Shown here: positions 26,038-37,300 of the stretch, one piece after another
Numbering within the stretch: the first letter of the stretch is position 1
Layout: each line of letters opens with the position of its first letter
Origin: a virus
Taxonomy: Duplodnaviria; Caudoviricetes
Length of the DNA stretch: 59,079 bases
Virus record (IMG/VR): IMGVR_UViG_3300025572_000009
Coordinates: 1-59,079 of that record
Strand: one strand, 5' to 3'
Notes under the pieces: model-generated
What the model saw: the letters and a program-made list of their open reading frames with translations, nothing else
Database searches by the model: none
What the model was told of the DNA's origin: nothing
Translations under genes and position numbers: made by a program

Positions 26038-27570
26038 ATGCCTGACCGGATCGAGACGAAGCCGATTGATCTGGCCGGCGGGCTCATCACATCGATGGGG
26101 GCGCTGGAACAGGCGATCAACGCGCCGGGCTCGGCCGTCCGCATGGTCAATTTCGAGCCCACGTTGGAGGGTGGCTACCGGCGCATCCGGGGGTTTGCAA
26201 AATACTCCGCCGAGCCGGTGCCGGGCGACGGCCCGATCCTCGGAGTGGCGGTGTTCGGGAATGGTGTGCTCGCCTGCCGGGGCACCGATGTGTACTATGG
26301 CGTCGGCACCACCTGGACCAAGATCAACGGCGACACGGCGCACGCTGACGCGAATATCTACCGCTTCGCGCGCTACAACTTCAGCGGAGTCGAGAAGATC
26401 GCCTTTTGCGACGGCCAGAACCGCCCGGCGACATTCGACGGCACCACCTACACGTCGCTGTCCGATGCCCCGCAGGGGGCGGAGATGATCGCCGCCTTCG
26501 CCCGCCGGCTGTGGTTCTCCCATGGCAACATCCTCACCTTCTCGGCGGTGACGGACGATGCTGACTACACCGCGGCATCGGGCGCGGGGGAGATCAACGT
26601 GGGCGACCGGATCACCGGCCTACGGCCCTGGCGCGACCAACTGATTGTCTTCTGCCAGAACCGCATCCTCCGCATCACGGGTGACAGCGTGGACAACTTC
26701 AGCGTCCGTCCCGTGACCGACAACATGGGTTGCATCCACACCGACACCATCGTTGAAGTCGGCGGTGATGTCGTCTTCTGGGGGCCGGACGGCCTGCGGA
26801 CCATCTCCGGCACCGACCGGATCGGCGACTTCAACCTGTCGAGTATTTCCCGGGTCATCAGCCGGGTCGCGGCCGAGTTGGAGAGTGACTTCCCCCGCCT
26901 CGTCGCGGTGCCGATCCGTGGCAGCGGGCAGGTCCGCATCTTCGGCTACCACCCCACCCGCGACCCAGGGGCGGCGAAGGGCATTGTCGGCACCCTCCGC
27001 CTCGGGTCCGACGATACGCTCGTCCAGTCGCAGGAGGGCGCCGGGTGGGAGTGGGGGGAACTCCTCGGCATGTCCGTCCGCGTGGCCGACAGCTTCTATT
27101 CGGACACCGGCACAGAGCTTATCGTCTTCGGCAACGGCTCGGGCCACGTCTTCCGCATGGATGTCGGGACCAGCTTCGACGGGCTGCCGATCCATGCGGT
27201 GTATCAAACTCCGCATTTGGTTTTCGACGATCCTCACGTCCGCAAGGTTTTCCGCCGGCTCCGCGTCTATCTCCGTGCCACCAGCGCCTACGAAATGCGG
27301 GTGGCGCTGCGGCTGGACCACGAGCGTCCAGGTGTCTTGCAGCCGGGTGATGATCGCCTGACCAGCACCGAGGACGGCTCGGCTCTCTACGACGATCCCA
27401 ACACGCTCTACGACGTGGCGGTGTACGGCGGGGAGCCGGTCCCCTACTTCGATGTGCCCTTGGTCGGGACGGGGTTCGCGGGGTCGTTCCAATTTGTATC
27501 TTACACGATTTCCACCCCATTTGTCCTCACGTCTATTTCCGTTGATGTAACGCATACGGGTCGTAAGTAG
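26038..27570 (+). CDS. tail nozzle (tubular protein B / P22 gp10-like)
   Basis: GGL...NFEP..EGGYRRI.GF start; beta-rich, 510 aa. Confidence 0.8.
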   Translation: MPDRIETKPIDLAGGLITSMGALEQAINAPGSAVRMVNFEPTLEGGYRRIRGFAKYSAEPVPGDGPILGVAVFGNGVLACRGTDVYYGVGTTWTKINGDTAHADANIYRFARYNFSGVEKIAFCDGQNRPATFDGTTYTSLSDAPQGAEMIAAFARRLWFSHGNILTFSAVTDDADYTAASGAGEINVGDRITGLRPWRDQLIVFCQNRILRITGDSVDNFSVRPVTDNMGCIHTDTIVEVGGDVVFWGPDGLRTISGTDRIGDFNLSSISRVISRVAAELESDFPRLVAVPIRGSGQVRIFGYHPTRDPGAAKGIVGTLRLGSDDTLVQSQEGAGWEWGELLGMSVRVADSFYSDTGTELIVFGNGSGHVFRMDVGTSFDGLPIHAVYQTPHLVFDDPHVRKVFRRLRVYLRATSAYEMRVALRLDHERPGVLQPGDDRLTSTEDGSALYDDPNTLYDVAVYGGEPVPYFDVPLVGTGFAGSFQFVSYTISTPFVLTSISVDVTHTGRK

Positions 27571-27576
27571 GAAGCC

Positions 27577-28584
27577 ATGGCAGGTTACGTCCGACAGTCT
27601 GCGGCCGACATTGTGACGAATAACGTCATCCGGTCTGCACACCTCAACTCCGAATTCAACGCCTTGGAGGCCGCGTTCGACAACCTCACTGGCCACAAGC
27701 ACGACGGCACGCAGGCCGAAGGCGCCCGCATCACCGTTGTTGGCCCGGCGGGGGAGATCAACGTCTCGGGCGAGGCCGTTACCCCCAAGAGCGGTGCCAT
27801 GATCGACCTCGGCACCGCTGCGGTGCGGTTCCGGAACCTTTACCTCTCAAGTGACCTTACCCTCGGGGGCACGGCTTCCGCCGCGCAACTGGTTTCCACT
27901 GCTGCCTCGGGGCCGCCGCTCGTCGTCAACAGCGCCGAGGCCGTCACCAACCTCAATGCCGACCTGCTGGACGGGCAGCACGGTGCGTACTACCTGGACC
28001 TCACCAACGCCACCGGCAACCTATCCGTCACCCACCTCGACGGCGGGAACGGCGCCAGCGCGGCGACGTTCTGGCGAGGCGACGGCACCTGGGCCGCGCC
28101 ACCTTCCTTCACCGAGACGGACACGCTACAGAGCGTCACTGCTCGCGGCGCCACGACAGACCGCGCCATCAGCATCACCAACACGACGGGCGCCAACTCC
28201 CTTACCTCCGGCGCCCTGTCGGTGAGCGGCGGCTTCAGCGTCGGCGGTCGGTCGGTCTTCAGCAACTACGCCCTCGCGGTGGCTGTCAAGGGCAATGTCA
28301 GTGGTGCGGTCGCCATCGACCTCACCGCGGGCAACTACGTCACCGCCACCAGCGTCGGCGCGACCACATGGAGCTTCACCAACCCGCCCCCCGCCGGCTT
28401 CGCCGCAGGTTTCGTGTTGGAACTGACCAACGGCGGCGCTTACGTCCAGACGTGGCCGGAGACGGTCAAGTGGGACGGCGGCGTGGCGCCGGAACTGACC
28501 GCGAGCGGCACGGACGTGCTGGTGTTCGTCACCGACGATGAAGGCACGACGTGGCGCGGTACGCGGGCGATGGAGAACGTCTGA
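27577..28584 (+). CDS. tail fibre protein
   Basis: MAGYVRQS...NSEFNAL...GHKHDG virion-attachment N-terminus; ADLLDGQHG; C-terminal WPETVKWDGG..P...GTDV domain. Confidence 0.8.
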   Translation: MAGYVRQSAADIVTNNVIRSAHLNSEFNALEAAFDNLTGHKHDGTQAEGARITVVGPAGEINVSGEAVTPKSGAMIDLGTAAVRFRNLYLSSDLTLGGTASAAQLVSTAASGPPLVVNSAEAVTNLNADLLDGQHGAYYLDLTNATGNLSVTHLDGGNGASAATFWRGDGTWAAPPSFTETDTLQSVTARGATTDRAISITNTTGANSLTSGALSVSGGFSVGGRSVFSNYALAVAVKGNVSGAVAIDLTAGNYVTATSVGATTWSFTNPPPAGFAAGFVLELTNGGAYVQTWPETVKWDGGVAPELTASGTDVLVFVTDDEGTTWRGTRAMENV

Positions 28585-29639
28585 TGCTGGTCGAGACGTT
28601 GTTGATGGCCGGCGGGAAGAAGAAAGGCCCCCGCTACTTCGCGGCATCCGTGACGGTGGGCAGTGATCCCCAGCGGCTGTTCGTTTTCTCTCACAGCAAC
28701 GGTGTGTTCACCGCACTGCCCATACCGGACGCGCCGACCGCCGGGGTGAATGACGTGCGGTGGAGTCACAGCGGGCGCTATCTGGCGGTGACCGTTGGGA
28801 GCGAGGTCCGCATCTACAAGCGGTCAGGCAGCAGCTTCGTGCTGCTGTTGCCAGCCATAGCGCCGGCAGGCGGCACGGTCAACGGCGTAGCATGGTCGCC
28901 GGATGACGCGTTCCTCGCCGTCGCGCACACCAATTCCCCCCGCCTCTCGATCTACGCCCGAACCGGCGACACCTTCACGAAGCTCCCCAACCCGGCGTCC
29001 CTGCCGACCGCCACCGCACACGATGTCGCGTTCAGCCCGGATGGGGTGTATCTGGCGGTCGCCTATCAGGCGACCCAGGGCGTCGCGATCTACAAGCGCA
29101 GTGGCTCTACCTTCACCAGGTTGCCCGACCTGTCGCAATCGGCCGGGTCCGGTTCCCGACGGGTCGTGTGGTCCCCGGACGGGGTGCACTTCGCCGTCGG
29201 CCTGGGCAGCGCCGGTAATACCGTGAGCAACTCGCTCCGGATTTACCGGCGCAACCCCGACGACACGTTCACCCGCATCGCCGAATCGACGGGGGAATCC
29301 TTTGTGAACGGCATCACATACACCCCTGATGGCCGATACCTCATCGTTGTTCCGATCGGATTCTTGTTTCAGTCGATTCGTTTTCTTGAACGCAGCGGCG
29401 ACGTTTACACCGAAATAAAGCAGTCCTCGCTTAACCAGGTTTCGGATGTGACGCGCGCGGCGATTAGCGATGACGGGCGCTACTTGGCACTATCGGCGCG
29501 GATGACTTTTGTCGGTGGCGGGTATTTCGTCTATGCCCTTAGCGGCACGGACCCCACCCTGCACATGGGCAGTTCTCATAACATCACGGGGACCGGCGCC
29601 GTCGCCTTCTGGCCCGTTGCTATCCCAGGCACACGCTAA
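28584..29639 (+). CDS. WD40-like beta-propeller tail/receptor-binding protein
   Basis: Repeats VAWSPDDAFLAV, VAFSPDGVYLAV, WSPDGVHFAV, YTPDGRYL; TGATG coupling. Confidence 0.8.
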   Translation: MLVETLLMAGGKKKGPRYFAASVTVGSDPQRLFVFSHSNGVFTALPIPDAPTAGVNDVRWSHSGRYLAVTVGSEVRIYKRSGSSFVLLLPAIAPAGGTVNGVAWSPDDAFLAVAHTNSPRLSIYARTGDTFTKLPNPASLPTATAHDVAFSPDGVYLAVAYQATQGVAIYKRSGSTFTRLPDLSQSAGSGSRRVVWSPDGVHFAVGLGSAGNTVSNSLRIYRRNPDDTFTRIAESTGESFVNGITYTPDGRYLIVVPIGFLFQSIRFLERSGDVYTEIKQSSLNQVSDVTRAAISDDGRYLALSARMTFVGGGYFVYALSGTDPTLHMGSSHNITGTGAVAFWPVAIPGTR

Positions 29640-29655
29640 CTAAGGACCATCCCGC

Positions 29656-30180
29656 ATGTTCTTCGCCCGCCTCGAAAACGCCGCCCCCGTCGAGTGGGGC
29701 CTGACGCTCTCCGACATGCGCGCGCGCCTGCCGCATGTCTCTATCCCCGCGAATGGTGCGGACCTGAGCGAGTTTGGCTACATCGCCTACACGCCGGTCG
29801 ATGCGCCGACTGTCGATATCGAACACAATGTCACCGAGGGGCCGCCGGCCCTGGTGGACGGCGAATGGGTGATGCAGTGGGTCGTCACGGACGCCACCCC
29901 GGAGGAGGTCGAGGAGCGCCGCCGCGCGCTGGTGCCGGCCTCTGTCCTCTTGTGGAAGGCGAAGGCCATCATGGCGCAGACACCCCACGGCGATGGCACG
30001 CTGCTCGACGCGGTGGACGCGATGATGGCGCAGGCCGACGCGCCGACGAAGCTGTGGTGGGAGTACGGCCAGGAGATCGAGCGCGAGCACCCGCGCACCC
30101 TGCAATTCGCCGCCGCCCTCGGGGTCGAGGGCATGTTGGATGACCTGTTCATCGCGGCGGCTGCGATTGACCTGTCTTGA
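29656..30180 (+). CDS. tail fibre assembly/accessory protein
   Basis: PHVSIP...EGPPALVDGEWVMQW and WEYGQEIEREHP...LDDLFIAA patterns. Confidence 0.65.
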   Translation: MFFARLENAAPVEWGLTLSDMRARLPHVSIPANGADLSEFGYIAYTPVDAPTVDIEHNVTEGPPALVDGEWVMQWVVTDATPEEVEERRRALVPASVLLWKAKAIMAQTPHGDGTLLDAVDAMMAQADAPTKLWWEYGQEIEREHPRTLQFAAALGVEGMLDDLFIAAAAIDLS

Positions 30181-30225
30181 TGATTCCAATGCGACTGCGC
30201 CTATGTCTGAGCTAAGGTTACTTTA

Positions 30226-31614
30226 ATGTCCGGGACCAACGCCTTCACCGACCCGAACGCCAAGCCAGCCGGCGTCGGTCAGTCGGTTGATCCGAACTAT
30301 TACCTGCAACAAAACCCCGATGTTGCGCAGGCCATCGCTCAGGGTCAATACAACCTGACTACTGCGGCCGACCACTATTACCCGCAGGGGCAGAGTGAGG
30401 GCCGTATGCCGAATGCGGGCGTCGCCCAGGTGTTCCAGAACGCCACCAACCCGACGCTGCCGGCGAACGCGGTCGTCAATCCGGTGCTGATGCAGGAGAA
30501 GCCCGGGGAAATCCTACAGTATCATCAGCTTTCCAGCAAGACCCCGGGGCCGAAGCACGCCGCCCAGGCCGAGGCGGTGCAGGCCGCCGGCCCCGGTCAG
30601 GTGGACGCCGCCACCTACGACGCGACTAAGGTCCACGGCCAGACGCCGGAGATGCAGGCGGCTCAGGGGACGGTCGATCCACGGTCGATGGTCGAGGCGC
30701 AGACTGCCGATCCGTCCAAGAACGCCACCGTTGCCGGCCAGCTTGAGAAACTGCTTGCCGGCGATATGCCGTGGGCGGCCGGGGCGATGCGCCGGGCGGA
30801 GGAGGAGATGGCCCGCCGTGGCCTCGGCACCTCCTCGATTGCGGGGGCGGCGATCACCCAGGCGGCGATAGAATCCGCCCTCCCGGTGGCCCAGGCCGAC
30901 GCCTCGATCTTCGCGCAGTTCGAGATGGCGAACCTCAACAACCGTCAGCAGGCGGCGGTGCTGAACGCGCAGAAGTACCACGACGTGAACATGGCGAACC
31001 TGACTAACGAACAGCAGGCGCGCCTTGTAAACCAGCAATCTCGTCTCAACACCCTGCTCTCGGATCAGGCCGCCGACAACGCCGCCAAGCAATTCAATGC
31101 GGCTAACCAGACGCAGGTTGATATGTTCATGGAGAACTTGGCGGCCACCATCAACCAGTTCAATGCTGCGCAGGCCAACGCCATGGCGCAGTTCAACACC
31201 GCCCAGGAAAACGCGTGGCAGCAGTTCCGGGCCACGCTTCAGACGCAGCGCGAGATGTTCAACGTTCAGATGCGGGCGCAGATTGATCAGAGCAATGCCC
31301 AATGGCGTCGGCAGATCAACATGGCGAACACGGCTGCGCAGAATGCGGCGAACCAGACCAATGCGATTAACGCTCTAAACCTGTCCAACTGGTCGCTGAA
31401 TGCTCTGTGGCAGCAATGGCGTGATGAGGCCGATCTTCTGTTCACATCGTCGGAGAGTGCGAAGAACCGTGCATACGGGCTCGCCTACGCCACCCTACTC
31501 AATAGCTTCCAGAGGCAGACGCTTGAGTGGCAGGCAGATCAGCAGAACGCTGCACGCCTTGGTGCATGGGCTGCCGACATTCTGTCCGGACTGTTCTCCA
31601 ATATCAGTTTCTAA
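30226..31614 (+). CDS. internal virion (ejection) protein, Q/N/A-rich
   Basis: MARRGLGTSSIAG, ALPVAQADA, QFNA repeats, NALWQQWRD. Confidence 0.75.
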   Translation: MSGTNAFTDPNAKPAGVGQSVDPNYYLQQNPDVAQAIAQGQYNLTTAADHYYPQGQSEGRMPNAGVAQVFQNATNPTLPANAVVNPVLMQEKPGEILQYHQLSSKTPGPKHAAQAEAVQAAGPGQVDAATYDATKVHGQTPEMQAAQGTVDPRSMVEAQTADPSKNATVAGQLEKLLAGDMPWAAGAMRRAEEEMARRGLGTSSIAGAAITQAAIESALPVAQADASIFAQFEMANLNNRQQAAVLNAQKYHDVNMANLTNEQQARLVNQQSRLNTLLSDQAADNAAKQFNAANQTQVDMFMENLAATINQFNAAQANAMAQFNTAQENAWQQFRATLQTQREMFNVQMRAQIDQSNAQWRRQINMANTAAQNAANQTNAINALNLSNWSLNALWQQWRDEADLLFTSSESAKNRAYGLAYATLLNSFQRQTLEWQADQQNAARLGAWAADILSGLFSNISF

Positions 31615-31625
31615 TGGGGGCATGA

Positions 31626-32279
31626 ATGTTCGAGTGGCTTGATAACGTCATCAACGACGTGTGGGACACCGTTAGCGGCGACTGGTTCGGTGGATGGACG
31701 ACCGAGGTAGCCGACTTTGGTGGTGCCGCCTCCGACGTTGCTGCCGGAATGGATGACACGGGTTTCCTAGGGACGTGGGGGACCTACGGCGGCTTTGACC
31801 TTGGTAACCTGGACTACATCGCCAAGGACGCATGGCTTGACGGGACCGGGGACGATCTTTCCTCCCTCCCCTTCCGAGACTCCGACGGGGTTGCCCCTAA
31901 TCTTCCCGACTTTAAGGGTGATCCGAGCTTCGGCACCGGAGAGTGGATTATCCCCGAGGGTTATTACGCTGATCCCTCCGTGGTGTTCGGTTCGGGTGGG
32001 GCGGGCAATTTGGCTGCCACCAAGTCCGGGTCTGCGTCCGGTAGCAATCTTCTGAGCCAACTTGGTAATGCCGCCCTGAAGGCTGCTACACGGGCACTTT
32101 CTGGCCAGTCTGGTGGGGGTGGTGGTGGCTCTGTGGCCACCTACAACAGCCTCAACGCCCCTCCACCGCCTAACCCAACGCCACAGAGGCGGCAGCGTCA
32201 ATCGAGCAATCCGGCGGCCGCCATTCTGGCGCGTAATCCTCTCTACCCATACACCGAAGCCCTTCTTGGTCAGAGGTAA
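31626..32279 (+). CDS. putative internal virion protein
   Basis: Gly/Asp-rich; within the ejection gene block. Confidence 0.6.
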   Translation: MFEWLDNVINDVWDTVSGDWFGGWTTEVADFGGAASDVAAGMDDTGFLGTWGTYGGFDLGNLDYIAKDAWLDGTGDDLSSLPFRDSDGVAPNLPDFKGDPSFGTGEWIIPEGYYADPSVVFGSGGAGNLAATKSGSASGSNLLSQLGNAALKAATRALSGQSGGGGGGSVATYNSLNAPPPPNPTPQRRQRQSSNPAAAILARNPLYPYTEALLGQR

Positions 32280-32288
32280 AGTAACCTT

Positions 32289-32819
32289 ATGAGCGACACG
32301 ACTTCTCCGCAGCCACGTCAAGCCCCGCCTATGCCACCGATGCCGAATATGGGCGGGCTTGATCCATTCCAGACGATTCCCATTCCGGGGCAGTCGTTGA
32401 CAAGGGCTCCGGGGACTTATCCATTCGAGCGTCCGCCGCAGTTTGTTGATCCCGAGGAAGCCTTTCAGGCGCTCATCCGTAGCCTGACCAGGGAGCGTTC
32501 TGCGGAGGAATTGCTGAACCTCCTAGAGATTGGCGTTCCTGTGAAGGCTATCGTTCAGACCATACTTCAGGGCGGCTTTATGGAGGGCAAATGGACGGTG
32601 GACGTTGCGCTGCTCCTCTCTCAGCCGCTTACGGCCATGATCCTCCGCATGGCTCGTGAGGCAGGCATCCGTCCGAACCTTGGTGTCGAGCCGCGTGGTA
32701 GCGACACTCTTGACCGCGTTGTTGAGAAGCGCCTGCGGGATATGCGGAACAATCCGCCGAAAGAGATGGAAGGATTGATGGTCCCCCGCAAGAGGAAGGA
32801 CGAAGAGGATAGTAACTAA
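32289..32819 (+). CDS. conserved virion-block protein
   Basis: PIPGQSLT..PG.YPFERPPQ...GFMEGKWTVDVALL. Confidence 0.75.
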   Translation: MSDTTSPQPRQAPPMPPMPNMGGLDPFQTIPIPGQSLTRAPGTYPFERPPQFVDPEEAFQALIRSLTRERSAEELLNLLEIGVPVKAIVQTILQGGFMEGKWTVDVALLLSQPLTAMILRMAREAGIRPNLGVEPRGSDTLDRVVEKRLRDMRNNPPKEMEGLMVPRKRKDEEDSN

Positions 32820-34345
32820 TGGCTGGCTTCTTTGGTGCATTTCTCGGCGGGTTCGCAGAGCGCGCTACTAAGATCAGGGATAAGCGCGAAGAGGACCGTC
32901 AGCGTCTCATTCGTGAAGCCATGGCCGATCTTCGGGACGTAATTAAGCGCCGCGAAGAGCGTATCAACGAGGCACGTCGGCGGCGTGAACAGGCTGGTGC
33001 CCTGGCGGCCATTAGTGGTCATGGTCTGCCTGCTTCGACAATTGAAGGGCTGCTATCCGTTCCTGGCATGGCTGAAGCAATTATGTCTGGGCGTGTCCGG
33101 GCGAGTGGAGGCATCAACCCTGCGGCGGCGGCCAGTCAGACTCCGGACGCTCTTGGTGTTGCCCCCAACCCCGCCTCCCCATCGGGCACGGGGGTTTCTG
33201 GTGCAGGGCAGGCCGTCTCTCCTTCCGCGCCTGGGCTTGGTGCTCCCGCACCTACTGATCCGCGCGATATGGCTCAGGTTGTGCCTCAGACTGCCACGGA
33301 TCAGATTTCCACTCCGGAGTCTGGTCGAGGCTTCTTCCAGCGTGCGGGCGATGTTCTGTTCGGCCGTGAGCCGACTGTGGGCATTGCTGAAGAGGCGCGT
33401 CGCACCATGGCACGTAACCGTGGCATGACGGATGCGGAGCTTCAGGCCGTGCTTGCTGGTCCTCCGTCTCCCCCGGCTCCCACACCAGGCTCGGTCAGGA
33501 TCAGCCCCTTCACGCCTGAGCAGCTCGCCCGTCTTGGCGTCAACTTCCGTAACGCTGAAGGCTACCGCCGGTTTATCGAGAGTGGTGGCGAGGATACGTC
33601 TGGCGTTCTCACCTATGGCGACAAGGCGGAAGCCGAGATGCGTATTGCCGCCGCTCGTGCCGCTCTCCGTGGTAGTGGTGGTGGGCAGATGTGGCAGCCG
33701 AATTCGGGCGACTTTAACGCCGCCCTGAATGCCATGGCGAGCGTCGGCAGCATCCCGATTGGTAACAACCGGCGCGTTGCCCTGATCCCCCGGACGGACG
33801 CTCAGGGCCGGGTTATCGGCGTCACGGTCAATCTGCCTAGCTCCGATCCGGCATACGCGGATGTGCAGCGCAAGCTTGCCCACGCCACGGCACGCCTTGG
33901 TGACTTCCTTGGCATGTATCGTGGCAACCATGGTGCGGCTGCCGTTGCTGCGCTTGTGGATGCTGGGCTTCTTAGTCGCGAATATCTGCCGACGAATGCG
34001 GGGCCGGTTATGCAGCCTCGTAACCAAACGCCAACGGCTCCTAACCCGCCTGTCTCTGGTCGGACGGAAGAGAATTCCCCGCCACCTCCTACACCCGCCG
34101 ATAGGGATGAAGGGCGCTCTGAGGGAGAGAATGACAATCGCCGTCGTGGCCCTGAGCAGCCTAGTAGCCGTCGCAGAGGCAGCATCCGACCGGCACAAAC
34201 GGCGGTGACGCCTGACGCCGTTGATCGCCACGCCAGGACGATCATTGAGATGCGGCGTCGTGGTCAGGACGCGACCGGATATTTCCGGTCACTGCCGAAA
34301 GAGATGCAGGAAGCGGTTCAAGAGCATATTCGTAATCTGCGGTAA
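32819..34345 (+). CDS. putative internal virion protein
   Basis: MAGFFGAFLGGFA N-terminus followed by coiled coil; TAATG coupling. Confidence 0.7.
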   Translation: MAGFFGAFLGGFAERATKIRDKREEDRQRLIREAMADLRDVIKRREERINEARRRREQAGALAAISGHGLPASTIEGLLSVPGMAEAIMSGRVRASGGINPAAAASQTPDALGVAPNPASPSGTGVSGAGQAVSPSAPGLGAPAPTDPRDMAQVVPQTATDQISTPESGRGFFQRAGDVLFGREPTVGIAEEARRTMARNRGMTDAELQAVLAGPPSPPAPTPGSVRISPFTPEQLARLGVNFRNAEGYRRFIESGGEDTSGVLTYGDKAEAEMRIAAARAALRGSGGGQMWQPNSGDFNAALNAMASVGSIPIGNNRRVALIPRTDAQGRVIGVTVNLPSSDPAYADVQRKLAHATARLGDFLGMYRGNHGAAAVAALVDAGLLSREYLPTNAGPVMQPRNQTPTAPNPPVSGRTEENSPPPPTPADRDEGRSEGENDNRRRGPEQPSSRRRGSIRPAQTAVTPDAVDRHARTIIEMRRRGQDATGYFRSLPKEMQEAVQEHIRNLR

Positions 34346-34354
34346 GGTTACTTT

Positions 34355-37300
34355 ATGGCCGACATTAATGCACTCGCAGACCAGGTGCTAAACCAAGAGC
34401 AGCGTCAGCCGGACATTAACGCCCTGGCGGATGCAGCCATTCGGCGCCCATCTGATCTGGCGCAGGCGCAGACTGACGCTATGCTGGCGCGTCCGCGTCG
34501 GCGCTTTGAAGACCTTCAGACTGACCCGCAGTTGATTGAAGACCTTCGGGCGTATTTCGACATGCCCGATGCGACGCCTGGGGAACTTGTGGATCGGTTC
34601 ATTGGTAATCGCGTTTGGCGCGATACCAACACACTATCGGCTGCTCATGAGCTTGTTGAGTCTGCCAACATGACGCCCGAGGAACGGGCGCGTCTGGCCC
34701 GAATCCGCCGAGTTTGGGAGGAGCTTCCATACTTCTGGCAGCCTGGGGGACGTGGTGTCCCTGGGCTGATTGAGAACGTCGTCAAGTCCGTCCCTGACCC
34801 TGTAAACTTCCTGGGGGGTCCGATTGCCCGGGGAGCCTCTTGGCTGCTCGGTAGAGGGATCGGCCGTGTCGGTCAGATCGGCATTGGTGCCGGTGTTGAT
34901 GCTGCGGCTGCGGCTGGCATGGAAGCCATGCAGCAGAGCGTGGACGTGAACACTGGGGAGCGTGAGGGTCTGTCCCTTGGTCAGATCGCAACAGCCGGTG
35001 CCCTTGGTGGCGCTACGGGTGCTGCCGGTTCTGCCCTGTTCGCCCGATCCCGACAGCCACAGGCTGCACCGCTGACTGAGCAGGTGGGGGTGCTCAATGA
35101 GGGCAAAATCGGGGAGCGAGCGGTAGAGTCCCGGTCACTCGACGAGTGGGCTCGCCATGTGCAGCAGCAGACCTTTGACCGCTTCCTGCGCATCAGTGAA
35201 ATCCAGCAACGGGTGTGGGGTGTTGGTAGCGAACCTCAAGACCTTGTGCGTGCTTCTGAGACCGCTCAGAGGAGCCCGTGGCTGTCCGACCCGGCGCAGC
35301 TTCCGTATTTCCAGTTCCGGAACCTTGCTTCGTCCTGGGAACGAGCAAACCAAATCCTGTTTCACGGGGGCCTTAGGCCGCCGCAGTATGGGGCGCGTCT
35401 TGGCACGCCTGAAACCGACTTTCGACGCACAGATGCACCCGCCATCTTGGACGTGCTGCGCCCTGTCCATGAGCGAGGGCAACTGGATAATTTCTTCTGG
35501 TATCTGGCTGCTGTCCGTGCGCGCTTCATCCGCGATGTGCGGCATAGCCCGATGCGGACCATCTTTGATGACCAGCAGGTTTACGTTGAGGCTGGTTTCG
35601 ATCCGGATACGGCACGTCAGCTAGCCTCTAGAGCGATTGACGACATCATTGCCGAGGGCGAGCGCAACGGGTTCAACAACCTGCTTCCGCAGTGGAACAA
35701 AGCCATGCGGGGGCTACTAGAATACCAGCGTGATGCGGGCCTGCTTTCGGATGATGATGTGCGCCGCATTTGGGGCGAGCATCTGGCGAACCCTGGCGGT
35801 ATACCTAACACATACATCCCGTTCTATCGTGCGGATCGAGCGGCGTCCGGTTTCGGTCATCCCGATCCTATCCGCACCACGAACATTCCTGGCCGTGCCC
35901 GTATGGAGGGTGGCACGGGCAATGTGCAGGACTGGCGGCAGAGTATCATTGACTACGTGAATTCTGCCGTCGCGGCTGCCGACCGTAACCTTGCCAAGCT
36001 GTCGCTCTACGACACGATTGATCGTGGCGCTCGCACGGGCGTATTCCGGCCGGGCGAGGTAGCCACTCGTGTCAACATTCCGGCGCAGCAGATTGTCGCG
36101 GACCTGCTTTCTCCGCAGAACCGTCCGCGTCTTGAGGCTCTGCTCCGGAGCGAGGGCATCAACACCCCGATTGACCAGATTCCGCAGGACCAGCTTATCC
36201 GGCTTGCTGGGATGCTGAACCTGCGGGTCAACGGGGACACGGATATCGTGTTCCGTAACGGCAAGATGGAGACGTGGCGGGTTACTGATCCGGAGCTACT
36301 TGACTCGCTAAAGTCACTTAACCCCATCGAGATTGGTCGGATCGAGCGGATGATTGTTGGCCTTTCGAGGATGCGAAACAACTTCATCACACTCAATCCG
36401 GCTTACGTTCTCCGCAACTTTATCCGTGACGCTCAGACTGCGCCGGTCAACAGCGTCTTTCGGATGATGCCGGTCATTGACTCTATCCGGGGCTTCCGTC
36501 AGGCCGTCACGAACCAAGAGCTTGTGCGCGAGGCATTCCGTAACGGTATGGGCCATGCGAACCAGGGCAAGGCCGTTCGTGATGCTTTGACGCTCCTTGA
36601 TGCTCGGGTGCAGCAAAGTGGCGATGTGGTTGACCGTGCCTATGCCAAGTTTCTCCGCGCGCTCCACGATAATTACGTGGTCCAGGGCGCGCAGCGAGGG
36701 GTGAAATGGTGGCAGGAGATGGCGGACAATATCGAGTCCGCGCACCGTCTTGCCGAATACATCCTAGCTCGGAGGCACGGTCTGTCTGGTCCCGGGGCGG
36801 CATTCCTTGGGCGTGAGGTCGCTACCGACTTTGGCCTGATGGGCAGCAATCAGGCCCTTCGTCGGTATTCGATGCACACCAACTTCTTCAACGCCGGGAT
36901 TCAGGGGTTCTACAAGCTCGGCAGGACTATCTACAACAACCCCGAGAGGGCGGCTGCCCTCACGCTTGTTGGCCTGACGCTGCCGGACCTGGCTATGCAC
37001 GTCCTCAACGCCGGGCATCCGGAATATGAGGATATCCCGTCCACGCTGAAGGCGATGAATGTCTTCTTCCCCGTGCCTCCGGGCCGGACGACGGAAGAGC
37101 GGCTAGCCAATTATCCGCGCTTCCTGCGTGAGTGGGCGGCGTGGAAATTCGGTCAGCAGACCGAGTTCCAGCATTCGGATGGACAGGTTCGGCCGTATCC
37201 CGAGGTGGGGCACTACATCATGCTCCCCAAGGCATACGATTACGGCGCCCCGGGAACCATCGTGAACGGCCTCTATGACTGGTTCCGCACCAACAACATG

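Noticed and set aside
28584-29639. Diversity-generating retroelement acting on tail genes
   Set aside because: No reverse transcriptase and no TR/VR repeat pair seen
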